Source of the DNA: Nemertoderma westbladi
Lineage: Eukaryota > Animalia > Xenacoelomorpha
DNA: 64,000 nt
Assembly (NCBI GenBank): GCA_032718475.1
Contig: JAUCBJ010007324.1
Location: 41,957-105,956, forward strand
Reading direction: 5' to 3'
Made by a program: the position numbers and the translations under genes. Positions 36,816-48,029 of the stretch are shown here, piece after piece (position 1 is the first letter of the stretch; each line of letters begins with the position of its first letter). The notes under the pieces are model-generated. The model made no database searches. It was not told the DNA's origin and saw only the letters and a list, made by a program, of their open reading frames with translations.

Positions 36816-36917
36816 ATAATTATTATTTGTTGTATACAAGTCACTTTTTTAGTCAAAGTCGTTTATCAAGTTTGACATAAAAATAGCACTTTTTCTGCCA
36901 ACACAAAAAGTAATGTT

Positions 36918-39377
36918 TCCATGACATTAATTATAATATTGCATTTAAATAGATTAAATTGATAATTTCTATATAATAATAGCGAGTTTTTGCTTATTTT
37001 ATTATAAATGTTCTAGAACAAGTGTTGGTTATCAATTTTGATAAATACTTTTGTTCTTGAACACATTTTTTTTCTAGAACATTTTTAGGAAAAAAAATAC
37101 CATACTACTGTCAGAAGGTCAAATATTTGTTCTAGAATAAAAACCTCATGATAAAAGCCTATTTATATGAAAAAAATAGGTCAAACTACGGGTACCCAAG
37201 GTGTTATAGTAATGGCCGTATTTAACTATGGAAGAAGCTTCGATGGACGATATTTATGCTGAAATAGGTCCAGATAAAAGTGAGAGAAGATTTACAACAA
37301 ATAAAACGATGTAAGTTGTGGAAAAAAGTAACATTTTTTGCCTTGTTTTGCTTTCGCGCGCCAAAAAAAGCCAACTTTTTTTGCCACCACTTGCACATTT
37401 GTAGATTTTAGAGGGATGGGACAATATGACCACCCCCCCCCCCCCCCCCCCCCCCGGTATTTGTACAGCATTTTATAGCCCGGTACTAATAGGGTTAAAT
37501 CTCGTCTAAAAGTCGTCTATTTCGCAATATTTAGCCACCTCCGTCGGCTTTATTTTTCGTTTTTGGAATGAAATCTAGATATCATTAGATCCGCCTTCAT
37601 CTGCAGATTCCGAATATGAAACCCGTTGTAAATTTCACCGAGAACTTCCGGAGATATTATCAAAATACTAAGGTGTAAATTTATGTGAGTAAATCGCTAT
37701 AATTCTAATGTTTTATTTACTCAATTCTAGAATATTGAATATGGATAATGAAAAAACAAGATGGAGCGTCTCTAAATTTATACACATTAGTATTTTGATA
37801 ATATTGTTGTATTGGTTAATTATTGGTTAAATCGATGGCACCATGACGAACAGTCGTATTGGCAATTTTTGCGATTTTGACTTTATTGGGTATTTGAGTT
37901 CATAAAAGGTGGAACTATGTTTTGACAAAAGGTCGTATTCATATCTTCAGTATTAAACACTGTACAGTAAAAAGCAAACGGCCTTATATCGTATTTCTAA
38001 ATAATTTTAATTTGACGAAAGGTCGTATAAGAAAAATTTCCCAAAACGTCTGTTCGTCAAAAAGTTAGTCAATGATTATCTTGTAATACGACCTATTAAT
38101 GTTTATAAAAATATGAACTAAAATGTAAGAAACCTTACTAATATTGTTATATTGATGTTTTATTCATATTTCAATATGCAATATTAACTAATTTGCCCAA
38201 AACAATGAGAGTAGAGTTGAACTTGACAGAAAATTTATGATACATTTATTTTTATGCAAGTGGGTGGGTACAACACTGCTCATATTGTAAAGTAATAAAG
38301 TTATTGTTGGACGTGAAACACAAAACACCAAAGGCAATCCAAACAAAGGCTCCACTCTCGCTCTCTTGGCTGTTAATATAAGGCAGAGAGGATGCCACAC
38401 TTACTTCCAATGTTAAATACTCTCATTATACAACACTTTTATTTATCCCCCCACTGTAACTTCTCTTTCGATTATTGTTGTGTTGGTTAAAATAACCGGT
38501 CACAGGAAACTGTTCCTTTCCCTAAATTGAAAATTGACATTGTTGATTCGCCCTCGACCCCCACCCCCCCCCCCCCCCCCCCCGCCCCCCGTATAAATGG
38601 AAAACAATGAATTGTTTTCTTCTGAATGTAAAATATTTTAAGAATTATAGAGAACAATATTATTTAATTACTTTTCCTTCAATGAGTATTGAGTTAATTC
38701 ATAAGATTAGTATGAGTACTTGTTAAGTTTTACAATATGTTTGTTGAATTACTGATGTGGAAGGGAAAGATAAAATTGCGAATACACGGCGGGTATCACT
38801 GGTGTATTACCAGTACAGAGCGAAACGAGGTCATCATACTTTCCTGTAGCCAATCGTGGAGCTGAAGAATATGCTTTAGCTATAGCTGGAATAGATTTTT
38901 TTTCTCGAATTTTGGGAAGAGTAATGGCATCAAATTCCGGTTGTTGATGCATATTCTTGAAGTAAATTTTCTCTGGGTCTCTACCTTTTTAACCAATATT
39001 TGGCACATTGAAGGCCAATTGACATTCACCCCATTGTCACTCTCTCTGGTCTTTAAGATTCCAAGAGATCTGGAATACTCCTTGAAATCGTTTATATCAT
39101 CACTAGTAACTTCTATTACATTATACGGTATATTTCTACTCAACTTAATTACAGGTATAAGCTGTGATGGAAGCATAACCTGACCGCAGCGCTTCATGGC
39201 CCTCTCCACACAAGCATGGACTGAGTCCCCTTCACATTGACCATGATTTGGCACAGATATAATTAGATGAACACGCTCTGCTTTCTTCGAATTCCCTAGG
39301 AATTCACGAAACATAGCAGGCAAAATCGAGTTCTTATTCTGGCCGCTGCATCCATCTGCAAACAGTTTAATGTCTGT
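36918..39377 (-). repeat. Left arm of a large inverted duplication (partner 43326-45977)
   Basis: 37508-39377 is the near-identical reverse complement of 43326-45192, and 36918-37500 matches 45411-45977. An identical 70-aa ORF appears on both strands (38188-38400 and 44300-44512). Confidence 0.93.
38749..39377 (-). pseudogene. Inverted, truncated and frameshifted copy of the 3' part of the Sola-like transposase
   Basis: Same peptide as the 3' end of 40455-43952, with a 2-bp AG insertion near 38980 (VKKVDPEK becomes VKKVETQRK) and an S-to-R change. Confidence 0.9.
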
Positions 39378-40454
39378 GGCGTTTGAAAATTTTTAGTTTT
39401 TAAATTATGCATAACTTGCAATCAACTTTATAAAACCGCTTCATATTTCATTGTAACAACAATTTTGATGAGGGCTTTCAGAAAAAAATGATTTTTTTTT
39501 ATTTAAATAGTATGACGTCATGTAATGACGCCATATTTGAAATACGCCGTTTCGTCAAAAAAATATCAAGGGCTTTTGCCAAAATATGTCAAGTAGTATA
39601 TTTTTACTTATAGCATAAGCCCGGTTCACAATGGAGCAATAAGGTCCTCCATTGTAATTCTGAATATAATTAATTATAGTTTTGCTAAAATTAGAAACGA
39701 TTATTTGTTCTTATGTGTATTACTGGGTCTAAGACCTTTAATCCTTCCTTAAAACTTGTTTCTTCATTGTGAACAACTACTGTACCAATTAATTTATTAT
39801 TCCCTATTGCTCCATTTCCTTCAAGCTTTTTCCATGAAGGAGCGGGAGATTCAAATCTTTGTATTTGTATTTGGATAATCATTATTAATTGGTCTACCTT
39901 ACTACAGGCAGTACCGGTACTTACAACCCAAAAGAGCCTATACAGGGTTGAACTTGTAAGTGAACCGAGCAAAACGAGAGCGAAACTTTTTCTGACTCAT
40001 TTATTTGGTAATGGTAATAACTACCAGTAAGAGTTGCCTTGAGGCATACAGGCAGACAGGTACCGATACAGTTCTGGTGCTGCACTATAGTAGGCTTTCA
40101 TAAGTAAATATGCTATACCAGTACTATCAGTTTTGTCAGTTCCCTATTTTTGCTACCGGTATCTAAACATCCTGTGTGAAATTTCAACGAAATTTGTTAG
40201 GATAAAAAAATTATAGCTCAATAATCGCTCGCATTGTTAGCCCTACTTTCAGACTTTTTCCTGTCTAATTATTTAGCATCCTTGTTTAGAATTCTCACTA
40301 CTGTTATTAGACTATGTCTGTAATGTTTTAGATTCAGTCAAGCGAATTAAAAATTGCTCTGTTGTTTTACCGGTAGTCATGTTTATAGGCTTATTATTAT
40401 TATGTTTTGTTCACGGTACTTTTTGACTTAGACCTATTTACTACTCTGCTACTT

Positions 40455-43400
40455 ATGGATACAACAAGGAATAGATCGTTTGATTCCGATGATGAGTCTA
40501 TTTTTTATGGGTTTATTTTGGACAGTTTGGGTGAAAGCATTATGGGGAATGAGCTTCCCCCAGACAAAGCTATATTGATCGATGTTCCCCCAGACAAAGC
40601 TACGATTGTCGATGTTCCCCTAGACAAAGCTATGATGGTCGATGTTCCTGCAGACATAGCTACGATTGTCGATGTTCCTACAGACATAGCTACGATTGTC
40701 GATGTTTCCCCAGACAAGGCTACAGTGTTCGATATTCCCGCAGACAAAGCTATGTTGGTCGATGTTCCCCCAGACAAAGCTATGATTGTCGATGTTCCCC
40801 TAGACAAAGCTATGATGGTCGATGTTCCTACAGACATAGCTACGATTGTTGATGTTCCCCCAGACAAGGCTACAGTGTTCGATATTCCCGCAGACAAAGC
40901 TATGTTGGTCGATGTTCCCCCAGACAAAGCTATGATTGTCGATGTTCCCTTAGACAAAGCTATGATGGTCGATGTTCCTACAGACATAGCTACGATTGTT
41001 GATGTTCCCCCAGACAAGGCTACAGTGTTCGATATTCCCGCAGACAAAGCTATGTTGGTCGATGTTCCCCCAGACAAAGCTATGATTGTCGATGTTCCCC
41101 TAGACAAAGCTATGATGGTCGATGTTCCTGCAGACATAGCTACGATTGTCGATGTTCCCCCAGACAAGGCTATAGTGTTCGATATTCCCGCAGACAAAGC
41201 TATGTTGGTCGATGTTCCCCCAGACAAAGCTATGATTGTCGATGTTCCCCTAGACAAAGCTATGATGGTCGATGTTCCTACAGACATAGCTACGATTGTT
41301 GATGTTCCCCCAGACAAGGCTACAGTGTTCGATATTCCCGCAGACAAAGCTATGTTGGTCGATGTTCCCCCAGACAAAGCTATGATTGTCGATGTTCCCC
41401 TAGACAAAGCTATGATGGTCGATGTTCCTACAGACATAGCTACGATTGTTGATGTTCCCCCAGACAAGGCTACAGTGTTCGATATTCCCGCAGACAAAGC
41501 TATGTTGGTCGATGTTCCCCCAGACAAAGCTATGATTGTCGATGTTCCCCTAGACAAAGCTATGATGGTCGATGTTCCTGCAGACATAGCTACGATTGTC
41601 GATGTTCCCCCAGACAAGGTTACAGTGTTCGATATTCCTGCAGACATAGCTACGATTGTCGATGTTCCCCCAGAAAAAGCTACAGTGTTCGATGTTCCCC
41701 CCAGTCAAGCAATATATTTATGTAAAGAACCTCTATATGAAGTCAATAGTAACATAGAAAGTGAGTGTGACAACTGTTGTATCAATGTGTCAAATTTTTA
41801 TGGGTTTTCTTTGGACAGTATGGTTTTTGATATGCCCCTGGACAAAGCTACTATTGTAGATGTTCCTCCAGCCAGTGCTATGATGGTTGATGTTCCCCCT
41901 GACGCAGCTGCGATGGTCCAAGTTCCCCCAGAGAATGCTATGGCGAGGAAATCTAGAAATAAAGAACCTCTGTATGGACTCGATGAGAACATAGAAAGTG
42001 ACTGCGATGACTCCTATTTAGATGAAGATTACTCACCTTCAGAATATAGTGATTTGTCTGATTCTGAGTTTTTTGAGGATTATGATATTTTTCAAGATTC
42101 ACCTTTTCAGAGTAATAATTTTGAAGAAGGAGACGATAACATAGAATGTGTACCTGAAGATTTTATTGTGGATGGGGCACCACCAGAAGGTGATGGTGTT
42201 GTTAATGTAAGCATAAAGCACTCAAAGTGCAAGAGACTGATAGTAAAGAAGAATCGGAATTCAGGCCAACCGTATTTGAGCGAGAAGTCCCGTAAAGAGT
42301 TTAGTTCTCGTCGTGTCCTTGGTACAAGATGTAACTGCGCCCTTCGCAACACCAAGGAAATTAAAGACTGTAGGTTAGTTACTGAGGAAGTTCGCAAGAA
42401 TCTTATGGAATCGTTTTATGATCTTGGCAGTTTAGAGGAGCAGCGTAAATATATATTGCGCCATGTTAGATCTACATCACTTTGTGAACCAAAGGGGAAA
42501 AAGAAACAAACTCTTAATTACACACTATTTAAAGATGGTGAATACATTTCTGTTTGCAAACAACTTTTTCTCAAAACTTTTAATATAAGCGAGAAATTTG
42601 TTTATACAACCATCAAGAAGCTGTCTGCAGATGGTGTCTTGGAAGGAGAGAAACGAGGTGGTCGAGTAGCATCTCTAAAAGTGAAAGATGAGTTTCTTGA
42701 AACAAGAACAAGTGAGCATATTGATAGATTTCCAAAGGTCGATGCACATTATACCAGGAAAGATTCCAAGAAGAATTATTTATCGGAGGATCTTTCTGTT
42801 CCAAAGATGTTCAGAATGTATAAAGCTGAAGAAAAGAGAGCAGGAAATCCTGCTGCTTCCTTTAGTAAATATTCTAACGTCTTTCAATCGAAAAACCTAG
42901 CTATCCATCACCCAAAGAAAAATTTGTGTGGTCTTTGCGAAACGCACCGTAGTGCTGTAAAGACCCAAAATATTGTTGGTGGTGAGATTAATGCTGAGCT
43001 GAAAGAAGAGTACGAGCAGCACACTAGTGAAAAGTTGAAATATAGAGAGATAAAAGAGGATTTAACAAAAAGAGCAAAAGCTGATGAATGTAACCAAATC
43101 GCCGCAGCTTCATTTGACCTTGAGCAGGTCATTTACCTTCCAAAATCCAACAGGGCGGAAATCTTTTATAAGAGACGTTTAGCAAATTATAATTTTACAA
43201 TATATAATCTGGCTTCAAAAGAGGTACATTGCTATTTGTGGCATGAAGCAGTGGCTCAGCGGGGATCGAATGAAATCTCATCATTTCTTAATAAGTGGCT
43301 TCATTTCCAAGATGGTCGGGGAGTGACAGACATTAAACTGTTTGCAGATGGATGCAGCGGCCAGAATAAGAACTCGATTTTGCCTGCTATGTTTCGTGAA

Positions 43401-43952
43401 TTCCTAGGGAATTCGAAGAAAGCAGAGAGTGTTCATCTAATTATATCTGTGCCAAATCATGGTCAATGTGAAGGGGACTCAGTCCATGCTTGTGTGGAGA
43501 GGGCCATGAAGCGCTGCGGTCAGGTTATGCTTCCATCACAGCTTATACCTGTAATTAAGTTGAGTAGAAATATACCGTATAATGTAATAGAAGTTACTAG
43601 TGATGATATAAACGATTTCAAGGAGTATTCCAGATCTCTTGGAATCTTAAAGACCAGAGAGAGTGACAATGGGGTGAATGTCAATTGGCCTTCAATGTGC
43701 CAAATATTGGTTAAAAAGGTAGACCCAGAGAAAATTTACTTCAAGAATATGCATCAACAACCGGAATTTGATGCCATTACTCTTCCCAAAATTCGAGAAA
43801 AAAAATCTATTCCAGCTATAGCTAAAGCATATTCTTCAGCTCCACGATTGGCTACAGGAAAGTATGATGACCTCGTTTCGCTCTGTACTGGTAATACACC
43901 AGTGATACCCGCCGTGTATTCGCAATTTTATCTTTCCCTTCCACATCAGTAA
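40455..43952 (+). CDS. Sola1-like DDD transposase with a repetitive acidic N-terminus
   Basis: Motifs HYTRKDSKKNYL, PKKNLCGLC, SFDLEQVIYLPK...FYKRRLANYNFTIY, WHEAVAQRGSNEISS, FADGCSGQNKN, HGQCEGDSVHA. First ATG at 40455 (ORF open from 40407). Confidence 0.82.
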   Translation: MDTTRNRSFDSDDESIFYGFILDSLGESIMGNELPPDKAILIDVPPDKATIVDVPLDKAMMVDVPADIATIVDVPTDIATIVDVSPDKATVFDIPADKAMLVDVPPDKAMIVDVPLDKAMMVDVPTDIATIVDVPPDKATVFDIPADKAMLVDVPPDKAMIVDVPLDKAMMVDVPTDIATIVDVPPDKATVFDIPADKAMLVDVPPDKAMIVDVPLDKAMMVDVPADIATIVDVPPDKAIVFDIPADKAMLVDVPPDKAMIVDVPLDKAMMVDVPTDIATIVDVPPDKATVFDIPADKAMLVDVPPDKAMIVDVPLDKAMMVDVPTDIATIVDVPPDKATVFDIPADKAMLVDVPPDKAMIVDVPLDKAMMVDVPADIATIVDVPPDKVTVFDIPADIATIVDVPPEKATVFDVPPSQAIYLCKEPLYEVNSNIESECDNCCINVSNFYGFSLDSMVFDMPLDKATIVDVPPASAMMVDVPPDAAAMVQVPPENAMARKSRNKEPLYGLDENIESDCDDSYLDEDYSPSEYSDLSDSEFFEDYDIFQDSPFQSNNFEEGDDNIECVPEDFIVDGAPPEGDGVVNVSIKHSKCKRLIVKKNRNSGQPYLSEKSRKEFSSRRVLGTRCNCALRNTKEIKDCRLVTEEVRKNLMESFYDLGSLEEQRKYILRHVRSTSLCEPKGKKKQTLNYTLFKDGEYISVCKQLFLKTFNISEKFVYTTIKKLSADGVLEGEKRGGRVASLKVKDEFLETRTSEHIDRFPKVDAHYTRKDSKKNYLSEDLSVPKMFRMYKAEEKRAGNPAASFSKYSNVFQSKNLAIHHPKKNLCGLCETHRSAVKTQNIVGGEINAELKEEYEQHTSEKLKYREIKEDLTKRAKADECNQIAAASFDLEQVIYLPKSNRAEIFYKRRLANYNFTIYNLASKEVHCYLWHEAVAQRGSNEISSFLNKWLHFQDGRGVTDIKLFADGCSGQNKNSILPAMFREFLGNSKKAESVHLIISVPNHGQCEGDSVHACVERAMKRCGQVMLPSQLIPVIKLSRNIPYNVIEVTSDDINDFKEYSRSLGILKTRESDNGVNVNWPSMCQILVKKVDPEKIYFKNMHQQPEFDAITLPKIREKKSIPAIAKAYSSAPRLATGKYDDLVSLCTGNTPVIPAVYSQFYLSLPHQ
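40552..41705 (+). repeat. Coding 30-bp minisatellite with 150-bp higher-order period
   Basis: Cycle DIPADKAMLV-DVPPDKAMIV-DVPLDKAMMV-DVPTDIATIV-DVPPDKATVF repeated in frame. Confidence 0.92.
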
Positions 43953-45977
43953 TTCAACAAACATATTGTAAAACTTAACAAGTACTCATACTAATCTTAT
44001 GAATTAACTCAATACTCATTGAAGGAAAAGTAATTAAATAATATTGTTCTCTATAATTCTTAAAATATTTTACATTCAGAAGAAAACAATTCATTGTTTT
44101 CCATTTATACGGGGGGCGGGGGGGGGGGGGGGGGGGTGGGGGTCGAGGGCGAATCAACAATGTCAATTTTCAATTTAGGGAAAGGAACAGTTTCCTGTGA
44201 CCGGTTATTTTAACCAACACAACAATAATCGAAAGAGAAGTTACAGTGGGGGGATAAATAAAAGTGTTGTATAATGAGAGTATTTAACATTGGAAGTAAG
44301 TGTGGCATCCTCTCTGCCTTATATTAACAGCCAAGAGAGCGAGAGTGGAGCCTTTGTTTGGATTGCCTTTGGTGTTTTGTGTTTCACGTCCAACAATAAC
44401 TTTATTACTTTACAATATGAGCAGTGTTGTACCCACCCACTTGCATAAAAATAAATGTATCATAAATTTTCTGTCAAGTTCAACTCTACTCTCATTGTTT
44501 TGGGCAAATTAGTTAATATTGCATATTGAAATATGAATAAAACATCAATATAACAATATTAGTAAGGTTTCTTACATTTTAGTTCATATTTTTATAAACA
44601 TTAATAGGTCGTATTACAAGATAATCATTGACTAACTTTTTGACGAACAGACGTTTTGGGAAATTTTTCTTATACGACCTTTCGTCAAATTAAAATTATT
44701 TAGAAATACGATATAAGGCCGTTTGCTTTTTACTGTACAGTGTTTAATACTGAAGATATGAATACGACCTTTTGTCAAAACATAGTTCCACCTTTTATGA
44801 ACTCAAATACCCAATAAAGTCAAAATCGCAAAAATTGCCAATACGACTGTTCGTCATGGTGCCATCGATTTAACCAATAATTAACCAATACAACAATATT
44901 ATCAAAATACTAATGTGTATAAATTTAGAGACGCTCCATCTTGTTTTTTCATTATCCATATTCAATATTCTAGAATTGAGTAAATAAAACATTAGAATTA
45001 TAGCGATTTACTCACATAAATTTACACCTTAGTATTTTGATAATATCTCCGGAAGTTCTCGGTGAAATTTACAACGGGTTTCATATTCGGAATCTGCAGA
45101 TGAAGGCGGATCTAATGATATCTAGATTTCATTCCAAAAACGAAAAATAAAGCCGACGGAGGTGGCTAAATATTGCGAAATAGACGATTTTTAACGGCTT
45201 GTCGTATCGAAATAGCTCATAAATTAAAAAATCCGGCCAGGCCACCAGTAAGAAAATGTGTCGATCTATCATCATACCAAATTTCGTAGCATTTTATTGA
45301 AATTTGAAAAAAAATTAGGGGGGGGGGGGGGGCTCCGACATAAAACCATAAAAATGGTTGTTGTATTAAGGGTTATGGTGTAATAATGTTAACAAAAAAA
45401 GTAAGTAACCATTTAACCCTATTAGTACCGGGCTATAAAATGCTGTACAAATACCGGGGGGGGTGGTCATATTGTCCCATCCCTCTAAAATCTACAAATG
45501 TGCAAGTGGTGGCAAAAAAAGTTGGCTTTTTTTGGCGCGCGAAAGCAAAACAAGGCAAAAAATGTTACTTTTTTCCACCACTTACATCGTTTTATTTGTT
45601 GTAAATCTTCTCTCACTTTTATCTGGACCTATTTCAGCATAAATATCGTCCATCGAAGCTTCTTCCATAGTTAAATACGGCCATTACTATAACACCTTGG
45701 GTACCCGTAGTTTGACCTATTTTTTTCATATAAATAGGCTTTTATCATGAGGTTTTTATTCTAGAACAAATATTTGACCTTCTGACAGTAGTATGGTATT
45801 TTTTTTCCTAAAAATGTTCTAGAAAAAAAAATGTGTTCTAGAACAAAAATATTTATCAAAATTGATGACCAACACTTGTTCTAGAACATTTATAAAAAAA
45901 TTAGCAAAAACTCGCTATTATTATAGAAATTATCTATTTAATCTATTTAAATGCAATATTATAATTTATGTCATGGA
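43326..45977 (+). repeat. Right arm of the large inverted duplication
   Basis: See 36918-39377. Contains an extra segment (~45193-45410) absent from the left arm. Confidence 0.93.
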
Positions 45978-45981
45978 TATA

Positions 45982-46686
45982 TAGATCGTTTAAAAATAAT
46001 CATCCATGCATCCAGGTGAAAATAGAAATTGAGGTTAACTTGGTGTAATAATAGATTAAAAATTTAGTGGCATTTATAATGTCGCTAACTTAAGATGACG
46101 TACCCATGTACAATAACACTGCTCATATCAGTGCCCGTACTGCCGTACCGGTACCTGTTGTAGTTACTGTGTCCGTATCGGTTGGGAAGTACCATTATTG
46201 AATTTATTATTATTGCAGAGATGCACTTTATTGATTGTTATACAGTAGTACTGTAGTAGTAGCTAGTACAGTAGGCCTAAGTTGAACTCCATGTCTGTAT
46301 AAGAACGATACTAGGTACGTAAAATACATAGCACATAGGCCTATTTCATTTCCAGCAATAAATAATTTTGTTTGTTCTGATAATGGCGAAACCGCTGGAA
46401 GCGAAGATACCGGAACTTCGTACTTCCACATCTTCTTCTATCGGTGCCGGTACGGGTGCCGGTACAATTGACTCACTGAATACTCTACTCGGTAGGCTTA
46501 CTGCCGCACTGGAGTAATCCATAATCATCGGGTAATCAGTGTTATTGTACATGGGTTATGGGTAAAACGTCATCTTAAGTTAGCGACATTATAAATGCCA
46601 CTAAATTTTAAATGTATTATTACACCAAGTTAATCTCAATTTCTATTTTCACCTGGATGCATGGATGATTATTTTTAAACGATCTA
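45982..46686. mobile_element. MITE with ~140-bp terminal inverted repeats, TAG...CTA ends
   Basis: TAGATCGTTTAAAAATAATCATCCATGCATCCAGGTGAAAATAGAAATTGAG is inverted exactly at 46635-46686. The ends fit either a TA target duplication or Academ-type termini. Confidence 0.85.
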
Positions 46687-48029
46687 ACTGTTTTCGTCTG
46701 TTTTCCCTTTATTCCAACTGTTTTCGCCTGTTTTTGATTGTTGTCACAATCTAGTACTATCCAACAAAACCTAAAAGCATTTAACTTTATATTGAATAGC
46801 TAGAACGTTCAAGTGAAAGTTTTTTGTCGAAAGATATACTTTTTTTCCAAAATGATTGCTTGGTAGATAAAACAAACATTACGCTATTACGTTACGGTTT
46901 ACTGCAAAAATATACAGTAATATTACGTTACGGTATTGAAAAAGCTATTACGTTACGGAAAAATATTGAGCTACGGTATTCCTGAAAAGATACCGCAACG
47001 TAACGTAATAACATCCTTGCCTGGAGTATTTAATCATATTCTTTAAAATCATTAGCTAAATAATTTATTTGAGGTGTTGACCTTATAAATTAATATTTCA
47101 GTATCAATACTATCGGCATAAGGTAAGTTTTAATAATTTTTACATATTTGGTTGCCTCCACACCTAAAAATATATTACTTTTAAAACACAAATTTCCTGT
47201 TAATACCTCTGCCTTTCATTAATCCTCTGTGCTCCTTTGGTTTGGTGTGCGTGGTGCAGATTAAGAGATTTATTCTTATTGGCATTTTGATTAAATTTCT
47301 TATTTATTTATTTAAATTTCTTAAGTACCGATTTTGGGATAGAATTGCTCAATTTGAATCTGTATCTGATAACTTAGCCTCGTGCTGCGCGAAGGCCCCA
47401 CGAACGTGTAATAATCCGTATTTAAAATGTTTAGAGCTAATCTGTTTAATGTTTGTGTTTGTATAGTTGTTGTTGGTTGGTTAAGGAGCCTTTATTGTTT
47501 CTCGGCGTGTTAATTTGCATAAAATATTTTCCTGGAATAATGCGACAGTATTTGCAAATTAAATAAAGTCTCATAAATCTAAAATGAAGTAGCTAACTTA
47601 TAGTGTTGGTGTTGGTAGTTTCAGCTTAGTATTGGCAAAGATGCACAGGACATGGTCTGGCCAATTTGCTACAGTCAATGTTAGAACACGTTACCACGTT
47701 AGACCATGTTACAGTCAATGTAACTGCAGATGACACCAACAAGTGGTGGACCTACTAGAAGCTCACCCTGTGGACTCGCAATCATGGTGCTGTAACTGTC
47801 CCGACAGCCAACTCATTAACAAAACACCATACTGTTAAATATGGTTGTCGTCGTAATTAATTCATTGGTCTGGCCATCAGTGGAGGATGGAGAAATCGGA
47901 AAGCAAGTGGCCCACTGGCGTCGTCCAATTCCTGGTTGTCTGCCTATCATTTCTTCTACTCGAGGATGAGAAGTCTGCTGCTTGACCTTACCCATTCTGG
48001 CACAAACCTTCTACAGAGAAGGCCAGATG

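Larger units (their letters stand above)
39400..45218 (+). mobile_element. Sola1-like DNA transposon; probable right terminus at 45218, left terminus not found
   Basis: Ends GTCGTATCGAAATAGCTC (reverse complement 5'-GAG...). Repeated subterminal (A)ATACGAC/GTCGTAT motifs lie at ~44608-44850, with one related motif at ~39541. The left boundary is approximate. Confidence 0.6.

Noticed and set aside
40505-41647. 380-aa minus-strand ORF (GGTSTIIALS repeats) resembling an adhesin or ice-binding repeat
   Set aside because: It is the antisense shadow of the transposase's coding minisatellite.
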